Positions 1 to 10,252 of a stretch of DNA of 64,000 bases are shown one piece after another. Both the position numbers and the translations under genes were made by a program. The stretch lies in assembly GCA_011056635.1 (NCBI GenBank), contig DSEO01000152.1:330-64329 (forward strand), written 5' to 3'. Positions within the stretch are counted from its first letter, which is position 1, and the number at the start of each line of letters is the position of its first letter. The DNA is from Bacteroides sp. (GTDB lineage Bacteria > Bacteroidota > Bacteroidia > Bacteroidales > GCA-2748055). The notes under the pieces were generated by a model that was given only the letters and a program-made list of their open reading frames with translations, was not told the origin of the DNA and did not search any database.

Positions 1-1
1 A

Positions 2-1798
2 ACGGTGAAAAACGATGCGGTGGATCCGAATGAAGATCTCAGCTTCAGCTGGAACACTTTCTGGGATGTCAGCACAGCGCTGACAGAAGAAGGCTGGTCA
101 GCGGAATTCAGGATCCCCTTTTCCAGCCTCCGGTTCCAGTCCCGGGAAGGTAAAACGGTCATGGGCTTATCCATCATGAGATATTGTGCTGCCAAATATG
201 AATGTTCCACATGGCCGGTCAGTTCCCCAGAGTTCCCTGCTCCTTACTGGAAACCTTCACTCTCTGCCCCGGTCGAATTTGAAGGAATCGAACCCAAACG
301 TCCGGTCTATATTGCTCCCTATGTCACCGCCGGGATCGGACAGGAGAGCGAACTCAATGAAGCCGGCAGCGGATACACCCTGCATTCAACTCTGAAATAT
401 GACGCTGGCCTGGATGTGAAATACAGCCTCACTCCCAACCTGACTGCCGATCTGACCATCAACACGGATTTTGCCCAGGTGGAGGCCGATGATCAGAAAA
501 TCAACCTTACCCGGTATTCCCTCTATTTTCCTGAAAAACGGATCTTCTTCCTGGAAAAATCTGACGTATTTGACTTCTCCTTCCTGGGGGGCAACAATCT
601 TTTTTACAGCCGGCGGATCGGCCTATATGAAGGGAACCCGGTCAGGATATACGGCGGAGTAAGAATGACCGGAAGGGTGGGAAAATGGGACATCGGTATG
701 CTGGATATGCAAACGGCCCCCTTCGCGGAAAATCCAAGTGAGAATTTCGGGGTTTTAAGGACCAAGAGAAAAGTCCTCAACGATTATTCTTATGTGGGAG
801 GGATGGTCACCAGCAGGGTGGGAACCAACGGTCACTATAATGCAGCCTATGGCCTTGACGCGCTTTTCAGGGTAACCGGCGACGAATACCTGACCGTGAA
901 ATGGGCCCAGACATATGAAACCGATTCGGCCAACCAGTTCATGGATATGGCTCCTTCACGCTTCCTGATCCAGTGGCAGCGACGCAAAATGAACGGGTTC
1001 GTTTACGATGTTCTGTATACCTGGTCGGGGAAAAGATTTAACCCGGGAGTGGGTTTTGAGGTAAAAGATAATTACCACGGCCCCAGGGTAATTCTCCAGT
1101 ACGGATGGTTGCCTGGAAGTGATAAACTACTGCGCCAGCACAGCATTTCCATCACAGGCTACAACTTCATGAATACACTCACCAACCTGCATGAAACCAC
1201 CGTTGGCATGCTGCAATGGACCTTTGAGGCGAAGAAGGGATATTCCGGGAATATTGCAGTGAACTGGTACCTGGAGAACATCCAGGAAGACCTGACCCTG
1301 GGAAATGACCAGGCAACCGTGCCACCCGGAAGGTATTCCTTCGCCTATCTGAGTGCCAGTTACTATACCGCTTACATGAGAGCTTTATCGGCATACTTCA
1401 CAACCGAAGCAGGCATGTTTTACGACGGACTGAAATTCACACTTGAAGCCAATCCGATGGTAAAAGTAGGTACCGGGTTCGACCTGGGACTTACCTACCG
1501 GATGGACCGTGTTGTGTTTTCATCCAGATCGGTGGATTTCACCAACCACATCGCCGGTTTCAAAGGAGTGATGACCCTGACAACTAAAATGTCACTGTCG
1601 GCATTTGTGCAGTACAATACTGCCATCAGCAAGGTGATCGCCAACATGCGGTTCAGGTATAATCCACGGGAGGGTAATGATTTCTACATCGTGTATGATG
1701 ATATGCAGAATACACTCCTGACCAGGGAATTCCCGGCACTTCCCCATACCCAGGGCAGGACCCTCCTGCTGAAATACACCCATACCTTCAGGTGGTAA
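2..1798 (+). CDS. CBM9-like / DUF5916 domain protein, 5' end cut by window edge
   Basis: The frame is open from the window edge, so the GTG at 5 is probably not the true start. Motifs GWSAEFRIPFSSLRF and NTDFAQVEADDQKINLTRYSLYFPEKRIFFLE resemble the CBM9-like + DUF5916 family common in Bacteroidota. Confidence 0.7.
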   Translation, partial: TVKNDAVDPNEDLSFSWNTFWDVSTALTEEGWSAEFRIPFSSLRFQSREGKTVMGLSIMRYCAAKYECSTWPVSSPEFPAPYWKPSLSAPVEFEGIEPKRPVYIAPYVTAGIGQESELNEAGSGYTLHSTLKYDAGLDVKYSLTPNLTADLTINTDFAQVEADDQKINLTRYSLYFPEKRIFFLEKSDVFDFSFLGGNNLFYSRRIGLYEGNPVRIYGGVRMTGRVGKWDIGMLDMQTAPFAENPSENFGVLRTKRKVLNDYSYVGGMVTSRVGTNGHYNAAYGLDALFRVTGDEYLTVKWAQTYETDSANQFMDMAPSRFLIQWQRRKMNGFVYDVLYTWSGKRFNPGVGFEVKDNYHGPRVILQYGWLPGSDKLLRQHSISITGYNFMNTLTNLHETTVGMLQWTFEAKKGYSGNIAVNWYLENIQEDLTLGNDQATVPPGRYSFAYLSASYYTAYMRALSAYFTTEAGMFYDGLKFTLEANPMVKVGTGFDLGLTYRMDRVVFSSRSVDFTNHIAGFKGVMTLTTKMSLSAFVQYNTAISKVIANMRFRYNPREGNDFYIVYDDMQNTLLTREFPALPHTQGRTLLLKYTHTFRW

Positions 1799-1965
1799 AA
1801 TACAGGGGTGTTCATAAAACAGGCAACCCTTCCGATAAACATGTTAAACTTTTAAGTAAAATTAAAGTCTGATGTGAAAAGAGTTATAGGCTCTCCAATT
1901 GCCATGGAATCACAGTCAGCCGATGTTTATATGCACAGGAAGTTCTTCTGTTAAAACCCGTCAAA

Positions 1966-2406
1966 ATGAGTCGTCGATGCAGTTACAGGATCCTTCCGGA
2001 CTACAACCTGATCGTGAGTCGCTATGAAGGAGAAATTTCGGAAAGTGAAATCATCTCGCTGAAGGAAGCGATCACACGAGATGACAGCTTCAATATCAGA
2101 TATAACACGCTGGATGATTTTTCTGACACGACTTTTCACATGACAGGAGAAAGCAATGTGCTTGTATATAACTGGCTCCGGGATCATTATTCCTGGAGAC
2201 GGAATTCTGCCGTCCTGACCAGCACCCCGGAGCAGGTGGTGAATATCACCCTGTTCACCCATATCCAGAAATACGAGCTTCCCATGAAGATAAAGATCTT
2301 CAGCACCCTGGAAGCTGCCCTACAATGGGTCCGCCTGTCAACCGAAGATATTCCTGCCATCAGGTCGGTGCTCAATGAAATCAAGCGCATGCCAATAGCT
2401 ACCTGA
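1966..2406 (+). CDS. small hypothetical protein, STAS/SpoIIAA-like by eye
   Basis: 146-aa ORF with an ATG start and no competing ORF. The C-terminal IFSTLEAALQWV motif and LDDF core resemble small STAS-like proteins. It looks paralogous to ORF 6322-6693. Confidence 0.5.
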   Translation: MSRRCSYRILPDYNLIVSRYEGEISESEIISLKEAITRDDSFNIRYNTLDDFSDTTFHMTGESNVLVYNWLRDHYSWRRNSAVLTSTPEQVVNITLFTHIQKYELPMKIKIFSTLEAALQWVRLSTEDIPAIRSVLNEIKRMPIAT

Positions 2407-2418
2407 TCGATTTCCCGC

Positions 2419-2787
2419 TTATTCCGATGCGTCCGGCTTTGCCTTTGTTAGTGTCAGGTCAAAGGACTGGCCCATCTGGGTGAAGGTCCCTTCCACGGTA
2501 TGATCCTCCTTCAGTGTCCCCTTGTATACAATGCCCAGATTTGTGACCGTGATCGTTAATTCCCGGTCCTCGAATTCAGTGGAGGTAACCGGGATCCCGA
2601 ATGCCCCCTGGTCGGGACTGTCCATGGTGGATGTATACCCGTCGTCCATGGTGGTGATATGGAAATCCACCCGGAGCTGTCCGCCGGGGATCACCAGGAC
2701 CCCGTTCCAGGTGCCGGTAATGTCCTGACCGGACAGGCAGATACCTGCCAGGAGCAGGATGATTGCGGAAACTGTAATTTTTTTCAT
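2419..2787 (-). CDS. secreted hypothetical protein
   Basis: Signal peptide MKKITVSAIILLLAGICLSGQ. TGTWNGVL beta-rich domain like the N-terminal modules of secreted hydrolases. Confidence 0.6.
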   Translation of the reverse strand: MKKITVSAIILLLAGICLSGQDITGTWNGVLVIPGGQLRVDFHITTMDDGYTSTMDSPDQGAFGIPVTSTEFEDRELTITVTNLGIVYKGTLKEDHTVEGTFTQMGQSFDLTLTKAKPDASE

Positions 2788-2861
2788 GTGAAATCCTTTA
2801 GCGCATCAAAAGTACAGAATAAAAAAAAGGGATTTCGAGTCCGTGATCCGGGCAAAGAAAT

Positions 2862-3878
2862 CTAACCCATGAACTCATTCCCCACCTTGCGGGCCCTTTC
2901 CGGTTTATCCAGGTCGATACCGATGGCGAGACCGATCTCCACCAGCAGGTTCCAGCCGGCACAGAGGAATACATAGGGATTCATTTCTCCTGCTGCGGGT
3001 GTGCGGATGGTGGTGAAAGGTGTATCCCGGTCGGCAATGGCAACCACCTTCAGTCCGACTCCCTTTTCCAGCACCTCCTGGAATTTTTCAATTTCCTCGT
3101 CAATGGGATCCACCACAAACACAATATCATGCTGCTCCATCACCTCTTCAATTCCGTGCACGGCATAGGTTCCTTCCAGAAAATCGGATTTCTTTCGTGT
3201 GATCTCATTGGTCTTCAAGGTCAATTCCTCCGCGACACCGTCATTATACCCGGCAAAATATATGGTGGAGGCCCTGGAAGCAAGGGTTATCACATCCTGA
3301 CTGATGCGCATGGTCAAAGCCTCCTCAATGAAAGCCGGTAATTTTGCAAGGTCACTGGCTTTATCCATTCCCTGCAGGTGCCACAGAATGGATTCGTAAA
3401 AAAGGGTTTGCTCGATCACACTTTTTGTGGCTGCCACCGCCTGTTCCCATCCGCAGTTGAGCACAAACGTCTTGCTGCATTCTTTTTCCAGAATGGTATC
3501 ATTGTTTGCGGTCAGTGCATACCGTTTCTCATTACCTATGGCAGCCAGTTTCTTTGCCAGCAGCACCACTTCCTTGGTCCGCCCGGAATTGGAAGCGCAG
3601 AACACGGCAAATCCGGACAGATCATATTGCGCGGACTGGCGGGACCCGTCCGTGAAAATGCCCAGGTCCATGCCCCGGGTCAGTGCTTTCCGGATGGCAT
3701 TTTTTGCAGGAAAGATCCGGCTGGAACCTTCTCCTGTAAGGAACAGCCTGCCAGCGGATTGTATTTCCTCAGCCACATCTTTGGTCAGGTTGGGATCGAA
3801 TTTCTTCACCACCCCGGGAGTGTCCATCATTTCCTGCACCAGGGCATAATCTGAATACCTGTTATCTTTTAAGTTCAT
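2862..3878 (-). CDS. SIS domain-containing sugar-phosphate isomerase/aminotransferase-like protein
   Basis: SIS signature LFLTGEGSSRIFPAKN with a second SIS-like half. 338 aa, AgaS/GlmS-isomerase-like. Confidence 0.75.
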   Translation of the reverse strand: MNLKDNRYSDYALVQEMMDTPGVVKKFDPNLTKDVAEEIQSAGRLFLTGEGSSRIFPAKNAIRKALTRGMDLGIFTDGSRQSAQYDLSGFAVFCASNSGRTKEVVLLAKKLAAIGNEKRYALTANNDTILEKECSKTFVLNCGWEQAVAATKSVIEQTLFYESILWHLQGMDKASDLAKLPAFIEEALTMRISQDVITLASRASTIYFAGYNDGVAEELTLKTNEITRKKSDFLEGTYAVHGIEEVMEQHDIVFVVDPIDEEIEKFQEVLEKGVGLKVVAIADRDTPFTTIRTPAAGEMNPYVFLCAGWNLLVEIGLAIGIDLDKPERARKVGNEFMG

Positions 3879-3928
3879 AGGATTTTGCTTTTGTCTGATT
3901 GTGATTGAATTTATTGAAAGACGGAATC

Positions 3929-6151
3929 TCAGCCCCGCTTTTTTATTTTTCCGATCATGTTTTTAAATGCGGCTGTCTCCTGCCTTACCTGGATAATAAA
4001 GTTGTTCTCCTCAATGGTCCCGATGGCCGACGTCATTTCATCCATGTTTCTGTAGGTCGCCTGCCGGAATGGATTTTCATAGTCTTTTTTCCGTGTCCGG
4101 TACACCTGGTCACAAATAAATTCCTGAATTTGCACCGCCCTTTCCAGGGCTGACTTCCAGTGTGTTGCTGAAAGGCTCTCTGTCCCGTACAGTTCGCAGA
4201 GGGTTGCATATGCATGTTTTTGCTTATCCAGCGTATACCGGGCCCAGAGTTCATCGTACCTGCCATGTATCTCTTTCCAGGTCTTCAACTTTCCCGTACC
4301 AATATCCGCTCGAAGCAAATCCAAATCCTTTTCCTGCATGATCTGTCCTCCCAGATTTACCCATGCTTTCTGTCTTTCACCGCCCAGCTTTTTACACATG
4401 CTGGAAAAGGTTGCCCTCGGATGGGCATTCATATATTCAAGAAGGTTCTTCATGGCGTAATAGTGCAACATATCGCCATAGGCATGGTATCCCTTGTGTG
4501 GCTTTATTATCAGTGCTTTTCTTTTGGTATTTTCCATTCCTTCACCCAGCACTTCCAGGCCACTGATCACTTCTGAATCGCCAGAGAGCAGCTCCTGTCC
4601 CAGCCTGGCCAGATCATCATCGCTCATGGCTTCGGCCGACTCACCCTTACTCCTCAGGCTGGCCTTGGCCGTCCATATTTCAAGTAACCTGCGCCCGTTG
4701 AATATCTCTTCACCCGTGTCCGGGGCAAATGTATCAAACTCAACGTGCTGCATTTTATTCTCCCGTTTGTCCCGGCTGAGGAATTTCCAGGAATTCCGGA
4801 TCAGCGCATACATATTATACATCCACCAGAACGCGGGCATCACCTCCAGCCGGTACTTCGACACGTTATTATTCAGCAGGGAAAAAGGAAGCTGAATATC
4901 CAGCTCAGCCGGATAATCTCCCTTGGAAAGCAATACGAATGATGCAAATCGGCTCGAATGTTTCAGGCTGGTGCACAATCCCGGCCAGAATCCCCTCCCG
5001 GCCTGAATTTCATTATCATTGGCCCGGCTGTTGTGATTGGAACCAATGGTTGCGCCGGCTGCAATATTGCTCTGTCCCAGCACGACCGAGGCCACCAGGA
5101 ATGAATTATTATGATGTTGCTCATGCGCGGGAAAGATCAGGTTATTCAGTACCTCACAACAGGAGATGGTTGAATTATCGCCCAGGAAAGAGTTGATCAG
5201 CCTGGCGCCGTATTTCAGGTTGGAATGATCGCCCAGGATAAACTTCACAGCCTTGCATCCATAGAAAATATGACAGCCGTAACCAATGATCCCGTTCACC
5301 AGTTCCACTCCTTCACCAATCTGTGTGGGTTCTTTTTCTGAAGATTTGATGGTCAGGTTTTTAATTTTATTGGCTCCCTTGATATAACAGTTCGAACCAA
5401 TTTTCACATCCTTCAGGATCAGGGAATTTTTAATCACACAGTCATTCCCGGTTGTGCCATAGTATCCGCGATGATGATCCATGCTTTCCTGCGTGATCTT
5501 CTTAAGCCTGGCCTGTAAAGGTTTATCATCCACATATTTTGCCCACAGGTAAGCATCGGCGGCAATCATTTCGTCAAAGGGGAGTACCTGGCGGCAGCCT
5601 GTTTCGTTCATCAGGTCCAGCCAGGTGCGGACCTTTTCCGGTTCACCCTCCTTGAGAATGCCATTGCCGAATTTCGCGTGGTCTGTGGTATGCATCTCCT
5701 GGATGTTGAACAGGATACACCGGTCACCAATGATGTAATGGGCCAGGTAATGTACGTTATGAATGGCCACATCATCACCGATATCACAGGAAATGATGAG
5801 GCTGTTGGAAATCCCGCAGGGCATTCGCAGGTCGTGATGCTGAAGGATCACGTTTCTCAGTCTCCCGAGCCTGACAAGCCCGTAAAATCTGGTATTTTTT
5901 ATCAGTCTCGGATTGAATTCATCGGTCACCAGCAGATCATCCCAGTCATCTGCGGTATTATCGTTTTTTACCAGCCTTTCGATTTCATCGGATTGCAGGT
6001 GTCTCCATCCCGATTTGGGAGGTGCGATCTGTTTGTTGCGCTGGAAGTATTCATCCTTACCTTTGGGAAGGTATTCTGCCGGAATAAAATTCCTTCCCAT
6101 ATTCTCTTGGGGTACAATTGTCAATTCATCCATAATTTTGCCCACTTTCAC
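3929..6151 (-). CDS. DUF4954 family protein (left-handed beta-helix / hexapeptide-repeat region)
   Basis: The N-terminal segment LQSDEIERLVKNDNTADDWDDLLVTDEF matches my recollection of DUF4954. Hexapeptide-like runs are present (GSNCYIKGANKIKNLTI, IGYGCHIFYGCKAV, GDNSTISCCEVLNNLIF). The start is GTG at 6151 or ATG at 6133. Confidence 0.7.
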   Translation of the reverse strand: MKVGKIMDELTIVPQENMGRNFIPAEYLPKGKDEYFQRNKQIAPPKSGWRHLQSDEIERLVKNDNTADDWDDLLVTDEFNPRLIKNTRFYGLVRLGRLRNVILQHHDLRMPCGISNSLIISCDIGDDVAIHNVHYLAHYIIGDRCILFNIQEMHTTDHAKFGNGILKEGEPEKVRTWLDLMNETGCRQVLPFDEMIAADAYLWAKYVDDKPLQARLKKITQESMDHHRGYYGTTGNDCVIKNSLILKDVKIGSNCYIKGANKIKNLTIKSSEKEPTQIGEGVELVNGIIGYGCHIFYGCKAVKFILGDHSNLKYGARLINSFLGDNSTISCCEVLNNLIFPAHEQHHNNSFLVASVVLGQSNIAAGATIGSNHNSRANDNEIQAGRGFWPGLCTSLKHSSRFASFVLLSKGDYPAELDIQLPFSLLNNNVSKYRLEVMPAFWWMYNMYALIRNSWKFLSRDKRENKMQHVEFDTFAPDTGEEIFNGRRLLEIWTAKASLRSKGESAEAMSDDDLARLGQELLSGDSEVISGLEVLGEGMENTKRKALIIKPHKGYHAYGDMLHYYAMKNLLEYMNAHPRATFSSMCKKLGGERQKAWVNLGGQIMQEKDLDLLRADIGTGKLKTWKEIHGRYDELWARYTLDKQKHAYATLCELYGTESLSATHWKSALERAVQIQEFICDQVYRTRKKDYENPFRQATYRNMDEMTSAIGTIEENNFIIQVRQETAAFKNMIGKIKKRG

Positions 6152-6291
6152 AAATTAATGAAATAATATTAGCATTCTACGCCATCGGATAAGAGTTTGT
6201 TTCACTGTGCAGACTGCAATATAACGCGGGTGACCCAAATCTCACATCCGGGTGACCTGCTCCAAAATGTCAGAAGTTACATAAATGATTG

Positions 6292-6299
6292 TAATTTTG
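6292..6299 (+). promoter_or_regulatory. Bacteroidota-type -7 promoter box TAATTTTG (TAnnTTTG)
   Basis: Exact TAnnTTTG match 22 nt upstream of the ATG at 6322. Confidence 0.35.
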
Positions 6300-6321
6300 C
6301 CTGTATCAATAAAGCGGAATT

Positions 6322-6693
6322 ATGGCTGTAAAAATAAAAATCATCCGGTCCATCGATTATCTGAGCGTATCGGACAATGATACCGTGGATTTTGAAGAAA
6401 GTATCTCAAACCTGGTTGAACTGGCCAAACCGAATCAGCCTCCGGCGAACTACGACTTGCTTCTTGATTTTCGCAGGACACAATGGATTCTTTCCACGGC
6501 AGAAATATTCCATCTGATACAGGCTATTCTGGAGGACCGGGAAATTTTTGGTGAAAGAATTGCCCTGCTGGTGTTGCCCGGAGTCAATTTCGACAAAGAC
6601 GAATTTTATGAACTCTGCGGGAAAGACCAGAAAAGAAGAATAGGCACTTTTACCAATTATGAAGATGCCGTGCACTGGTTTTATAACGAGTAG
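6322..6693 (+). CDS. small hypothetical protein, STAS-like by eye
   Basis: 123-aa ORF. LLDF core and C-terminal YEDAVHWF motif parallel ORF 1966-2406. Confidence 0.5.
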   Translation: MAVKIKIIRSIDYLSVSDNDTVDFEESISNLVELAKPNQPPANYDLLLDFRRTQWILSTAEIFHLIQAILEDREIFGERIALLVLPGVNFDKDEFYELCGKDQKRRIGTFTNYEDAVHWFYNE

Positions 6694-6750
6694 CACAACA
6701 CATCACCAGGCCTGATCAATCTGTTCAGTGAAACGGGACGCTGCCCCGCT

Positions 6751-7260
6751 CTATATCTTATCATAGATGAGGGTTGCCGATCGTGTCCCCCGCTGGGAGG
6801 ATGAAGTGGACTCGATGGTCAGGACCTTGCCACCTTTATCCAGGGACCAGATCTCCTTTCTGCTCATTGTGAAGGTTTCACCCTGTCGCTGGAATTCTGT
6901 TTCTGTCTCAATGATCAGGGAAGTGTTATCATCCGACCAGGTGGCTCTGTAAGTGGATTTGCCATATTCCTGCTCATCCACATTTTCTTTTCCGTCCAGG
7001 GTGATTGTCTCGCTGGTGGTACGCACCTGACCGTCCCTCCCTGCCCGGGTGCGTTCTATGGTGATGGCTTTCCCGTCCTGTGTGACCGACATTTCTTCTG
7101 CAGCGAAAAACCTGCCTTCGCCCATCGTGCTTTCCGTTTCATTGAATTTCCATTTCCCGGTGAAGTCCGGATTTTTCGCGGCAAGAGAACTGGCGGATAA
7201 TGTCAGGAATGAACAGACCACTCCCAGTGTAAAAAGCTGAAATAAATGTTTTTGTTTCAT
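6751..7260 (-). CDS. secreted hypothetical protein (lipocalin-like beta protein)
   Basis: Signal peptide MKQKHLFQLFTLGVVCSFLTLSASSLAA followed by a TGKWKFNETES beta-rich domain. Confidence 0.6.
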   Translation of the reverse strand: MKQKHLFQLFTLGVVCSFLTLSASSLAAKNPDFTGKWKFNETESTMGEGRFFAAEEMSVTQDGKAITIERTRAGRDGQVRTTSETITLDGKENVDEQEYGKSTYRATWSDDNTSLIIETETEFQRQGETFTMSRKEIWSLDKGGKVLTIESTSSSQRGTRSATLIYDKI

Positions 7261-7458
7261 GGCAGTTTGGTTTTAAGTGTTGACATGGATGTGCATTTTT
7301 GACGATTCTAACAGACAAAGGTTTAATCAAACCCGGATTCCAACAGTTTTTTTGGCGAATCAGGTAAAACAATTGACAGAATGATTTGTAACTTACTTAT
7401 CTTTAAGGTATTCTTATAGTGTAATTGACTGGCTCCAAAAACAACAGCTGTCCTGAAT

Positions 7459-8898
7459 ATGGTCTGCACCTTTAGGTCTCATGTGAGATATTGTCTGGCA
7501 ATCATGGCAATCTGCATTCCTGCATCCGCGCTCTGTCAGGTAATGATTTTTTCATCAGACAGCATGAACCTGGCGGACTGGAATTACAGTCAGCGGAAAA
7601 TCATCCGGGGTCCGGATCCCTGCATCATCGTTGAATCGGGTTATAGGATATTCCTTTCCCGGAATCTGGGCGAGGTGGAAGAAATACTGGCTGGAAGATC
7701 TGCTTCGCTTGCTGTAGATCCACTTTCCCGTGTATATATTGTTTATGAGAACCAGGGTATCCGGATAACTTCTGAAAAAGAACCGGGCATATGGCCTGCC
7801 GGTGGACTGATCTCGGACACCGGGGAATCGGCTTCATACCCGGTAGCGGACTGCGATGGGGCAGGGAATATCCATGTGGTTTACGGGGTTGTGGATACAA
7901 CGGTCCGCGGCGACAGCTATCTTTCAACCCTGAAATATGCACGCCTGAGCCGGGATTCTGTTCTTCATGGATCAGTCATTTACAGAATGGATCCCTGGAT
8001 GCAGCCGGATACACTGGAGCAATACAGTATAGCCACGCATCTGACATACGCTGATGAAGCTGTATTTGTGGCGTATCAGTTATCCAATGATTCAGTGTAC
8101 CTGACATATTCAATTGACAGTGGAGTGAGCTGGCGGGATGCGGTTTCCTTTCCGGGGACCCATCCTTCCCTGACGATCGGACCCGGATACTATCCCCCGG
8201 ACATCATTGAAAGTGAGATATTCCCGGTGGTCCTTTTCATCGATCCGGAAGGCAGCATGGCGAACAGCCTGGCCTATTACTCGGTGGGTCATTTTGACTG
8301 GATGGGGATTCGGACAATTCATCCCGGTCCGGTTGAAAGTGCATGTGCGGATGACCTCATTTCACCTTTTCAGTACAACCTGATCTTCCGGCAAAAGGGA
8401 GTCCTGTATCACGCTTACACCGAATTCTTCGGTAATTGCCAGGTACTGGACACGGTTTCTGACCGGGCGCTGGCATCCTCGATCGCCTATAAACAATTCA
8501 ACCAGGATAAGGTCGATATTGTATGGATTGAAAACAATGGTGGAATCTATGAGCTGTATTACAATTGGTTCAGTAAGATCCCCACGGGCTCCGGGGATAA
8601 ATCCCATGGATCCGCTCTGCTCGAACTGGAATCAAGCCCCAATCCATTCAACAGGAACATCACTTTCAACATCCATGCTCCGGGCTATGAAGCGATGCTT
8701 CTGATTCACATTTATGACCTGTACGGCAGGGAGATCAAGGTCCTTCGGGTAAATGACCATTTCAATCAGTCCGAAATCAGCTGGAACGCAGCCACAGAAG
8801 ATGGAGATCCGTTAAACAGCGGGATCTACATTGCGAGGATCCAACGTGGCGGGCAAGCTGCAATAAGAAAAATTATTCATACGGCAGGGTGGCGATGA
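7459..8898 (+). CDS. T9SS type-A sorting-domain protein with BNR/Asp-box (sialidase-like fold)
   Basis: C-terminal SSPNPFNRNITFNI...IHIYDLYGREIKVL...SGIYIARI is a typical Por/T9SS CTD. Asp-box SIDSGVSW. N-terminal signal peptide. Confidence 0.8.
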   Translation: MVCTFRSHVRYCLAIMAICIPASALCQVMIFSSDSMNLADWNYSQRKIIRGPDPCIIVESGYRIFLSRNLGEVEEILAGRSASLAVDPLSRVYIVYENQGIRITSEKEPGIWPAGGLISDTGESASYPVADCDGAGNIHVVYGVVDTTVRGDSYLSTLKYARLSRDSVLHGSVIYRMDPWMQPDTLEQYSIATHLTYADEAVFVAYQLSNDSVYLTYSIDSGVSWRDAVSFPGTHPSLTIGPGYYPPDIIESEIFPVVLFIDPEGSMANSLAYYSVGHFDWMGIRTIHPGPVESACADDLISPFQYNLIFRQKGVLYHAYTEFFGNCQVLDTVSDRALASSIAYKQFNQDKVDIVWIENNGGIYELYYNWFSKIPTGSGDKSHGSALLELESSPNPFNRNITFNIHAPGYEAMLLIHIYDLYGREIKVLRVNDHFNQSEISWNAATEDGDPLNSGIYIARIQRGGQAAIRKIIHTAGWR

Positions 8899-10240
8899 TA
8901 TCCCTCAGGAAATCATTCAGGCTGAAATTGGCCAGGCTGTATCCCATACGCACAACCACCAGCTTTTTCGACGGGATGATGTAGACCCGCTGTCCCAGGA
9001 AACCATCTGCAAAGTAAACCTCCTCCCGGATATCCTTCAGGATATTGAGCGGATCCGGTTCTTTGAGCCAGAAGGTGGCGGCATAGGTCCCTTCGGAGGC
9101 GGGGGCCGGGGTTTGCATGTACTCCACCCATGCCGGTGAGACCACCGTGTCCCCCTCAAAGACCCCTTTGTTCAGCAGGAGAAGCCCGAACCGGGCCCAG
9201 TCCCTCGTGGTTCCGTAACAGTAGGAAGAAGCCACGAAGAGCCCGCTTGCATCGGTTTCAATCACCGTGTTCAGCATCCCGATCCTGTGCAGCAGCATGG
9301 TGTAGGGGTACCGGAGGTATGTTTCGTCATTTTCCAGCGTCTTGCGGATCATGCTGGAAAGCAGATTGATATCCCCGGACGAATAATTCCAAAACGTACC
9401 AGGGTCATGGGCTGCCTCGCAGTTGACCACAAAAGAAAACATATCACTGCTCCGCATGAGCATCAGTGTGGCTTCCGAAATGGTGAAGTAATTTTCCAGC
9501 CAGTCGAGACCGCTGCTCATGTGAAGGATATGCTCCACGGTAATGTTCTTTCGGACATCGTTCGACCATTCGGGGATCCCGGTGGGTGCCCCCACATCCA
9601 TTTTCCCCTCATCCACCAGGATACCTATAAGTGTCCCGGCAATGCTTTTGGTCATGGACCATCCATGGAATTTGGTATGAAGATCATATCCGTCTTTATA
9701 CTTCTCAGCAATCAGATGGTTGTCGTAGACCACCGCCACCCCCAGGGTTTTTTTCAACGGATCGGTGCCGTCGGGATCAATCGCATTCTGTATGACTGAA
9801 TCGAGTTTCACATAATCCACGCCCTCCGGTTTTTCAGCGGGCAGCATGTCTCCTTTCGGCCAGGGGAGGGTGTCCTGGCTGTAACCAGGATCTGGAATTG
9901 TAAAGGATGCTTCCTTCAGTGCTTCTTCCGGTATATCCAGGACCAGCACCGCTCCCAGTCCCTCCCTGTATACCGCTTTCCGTTTTGCCAGTCCCAGGAC
10001 CCTGGAGGTCACGGTTTTCTCATCGTAATCAATTTTGCACCTTGCGAGGCTGATCGGGAAAAAGGAAAGATCCTCCTCATATACCCTGGCCGGGTCCTTG
10101 TCTGCCAGAAATACACTGGAGCACATTCCCTTTGCCGCATAGGCCGTGATGATGGGTGCGCGTGGCCAGGCATACCAGATCACAAAAAAAACAACAGCCA
10201 GCAGGAGCAGCCATAATAGCCGCTTAACAGATCTTTTCAT
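8873..10240 (-). CDS. serine hydrolase (beta-lactamase/transpeptidase-like family)
   Basis: S-x-x-K motif in HGWSMTKSIAGTLIGIL. N-terminal membrane anchor. 455 aa. Confidence 0.8.
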   Translation of the reverse strand: MKRSVKRLLWLLLLAVVFFVIWYAWPRAPIITAYAAKGMCSSVFLADKDPARVYEEDLSFFPISLARCKIDYDEKTVTSRVLGLAKRKAVYREGLGAVLVLDIPEEALKEASFTIPDPGYSQDTLPWPKGDMLPAEKPEGVDYVKLDSVIQNAIDPDGTDPLKKTLGVAVVYDNHLIAEKYKDGYDLHTKFHGWSMTKSIAGTLIGILVDEGKMDVGAPTGIPEWSNDVRKNITVEHILHMSSGLDWLENYFTISEATLMLMRSSDMFSFVVNCEAAHDPGTFWNYSSGDINLLSSMIRKTLENDETYLRYPYTMLLHRIGMLNTVIETDASGLFVASSYCYGTTRDWARFGLLLLNKGVFEGDTVVSPAWVEYMQTPAPASEGTYAATFWLKEPDPLNILKDIREEVYFADGFLGQRVYIIPSKKLVVVRMGYSLANFSLNDFLRDIIATLPYE

Positions 10241-10252
10241 GCAAAATATTTA

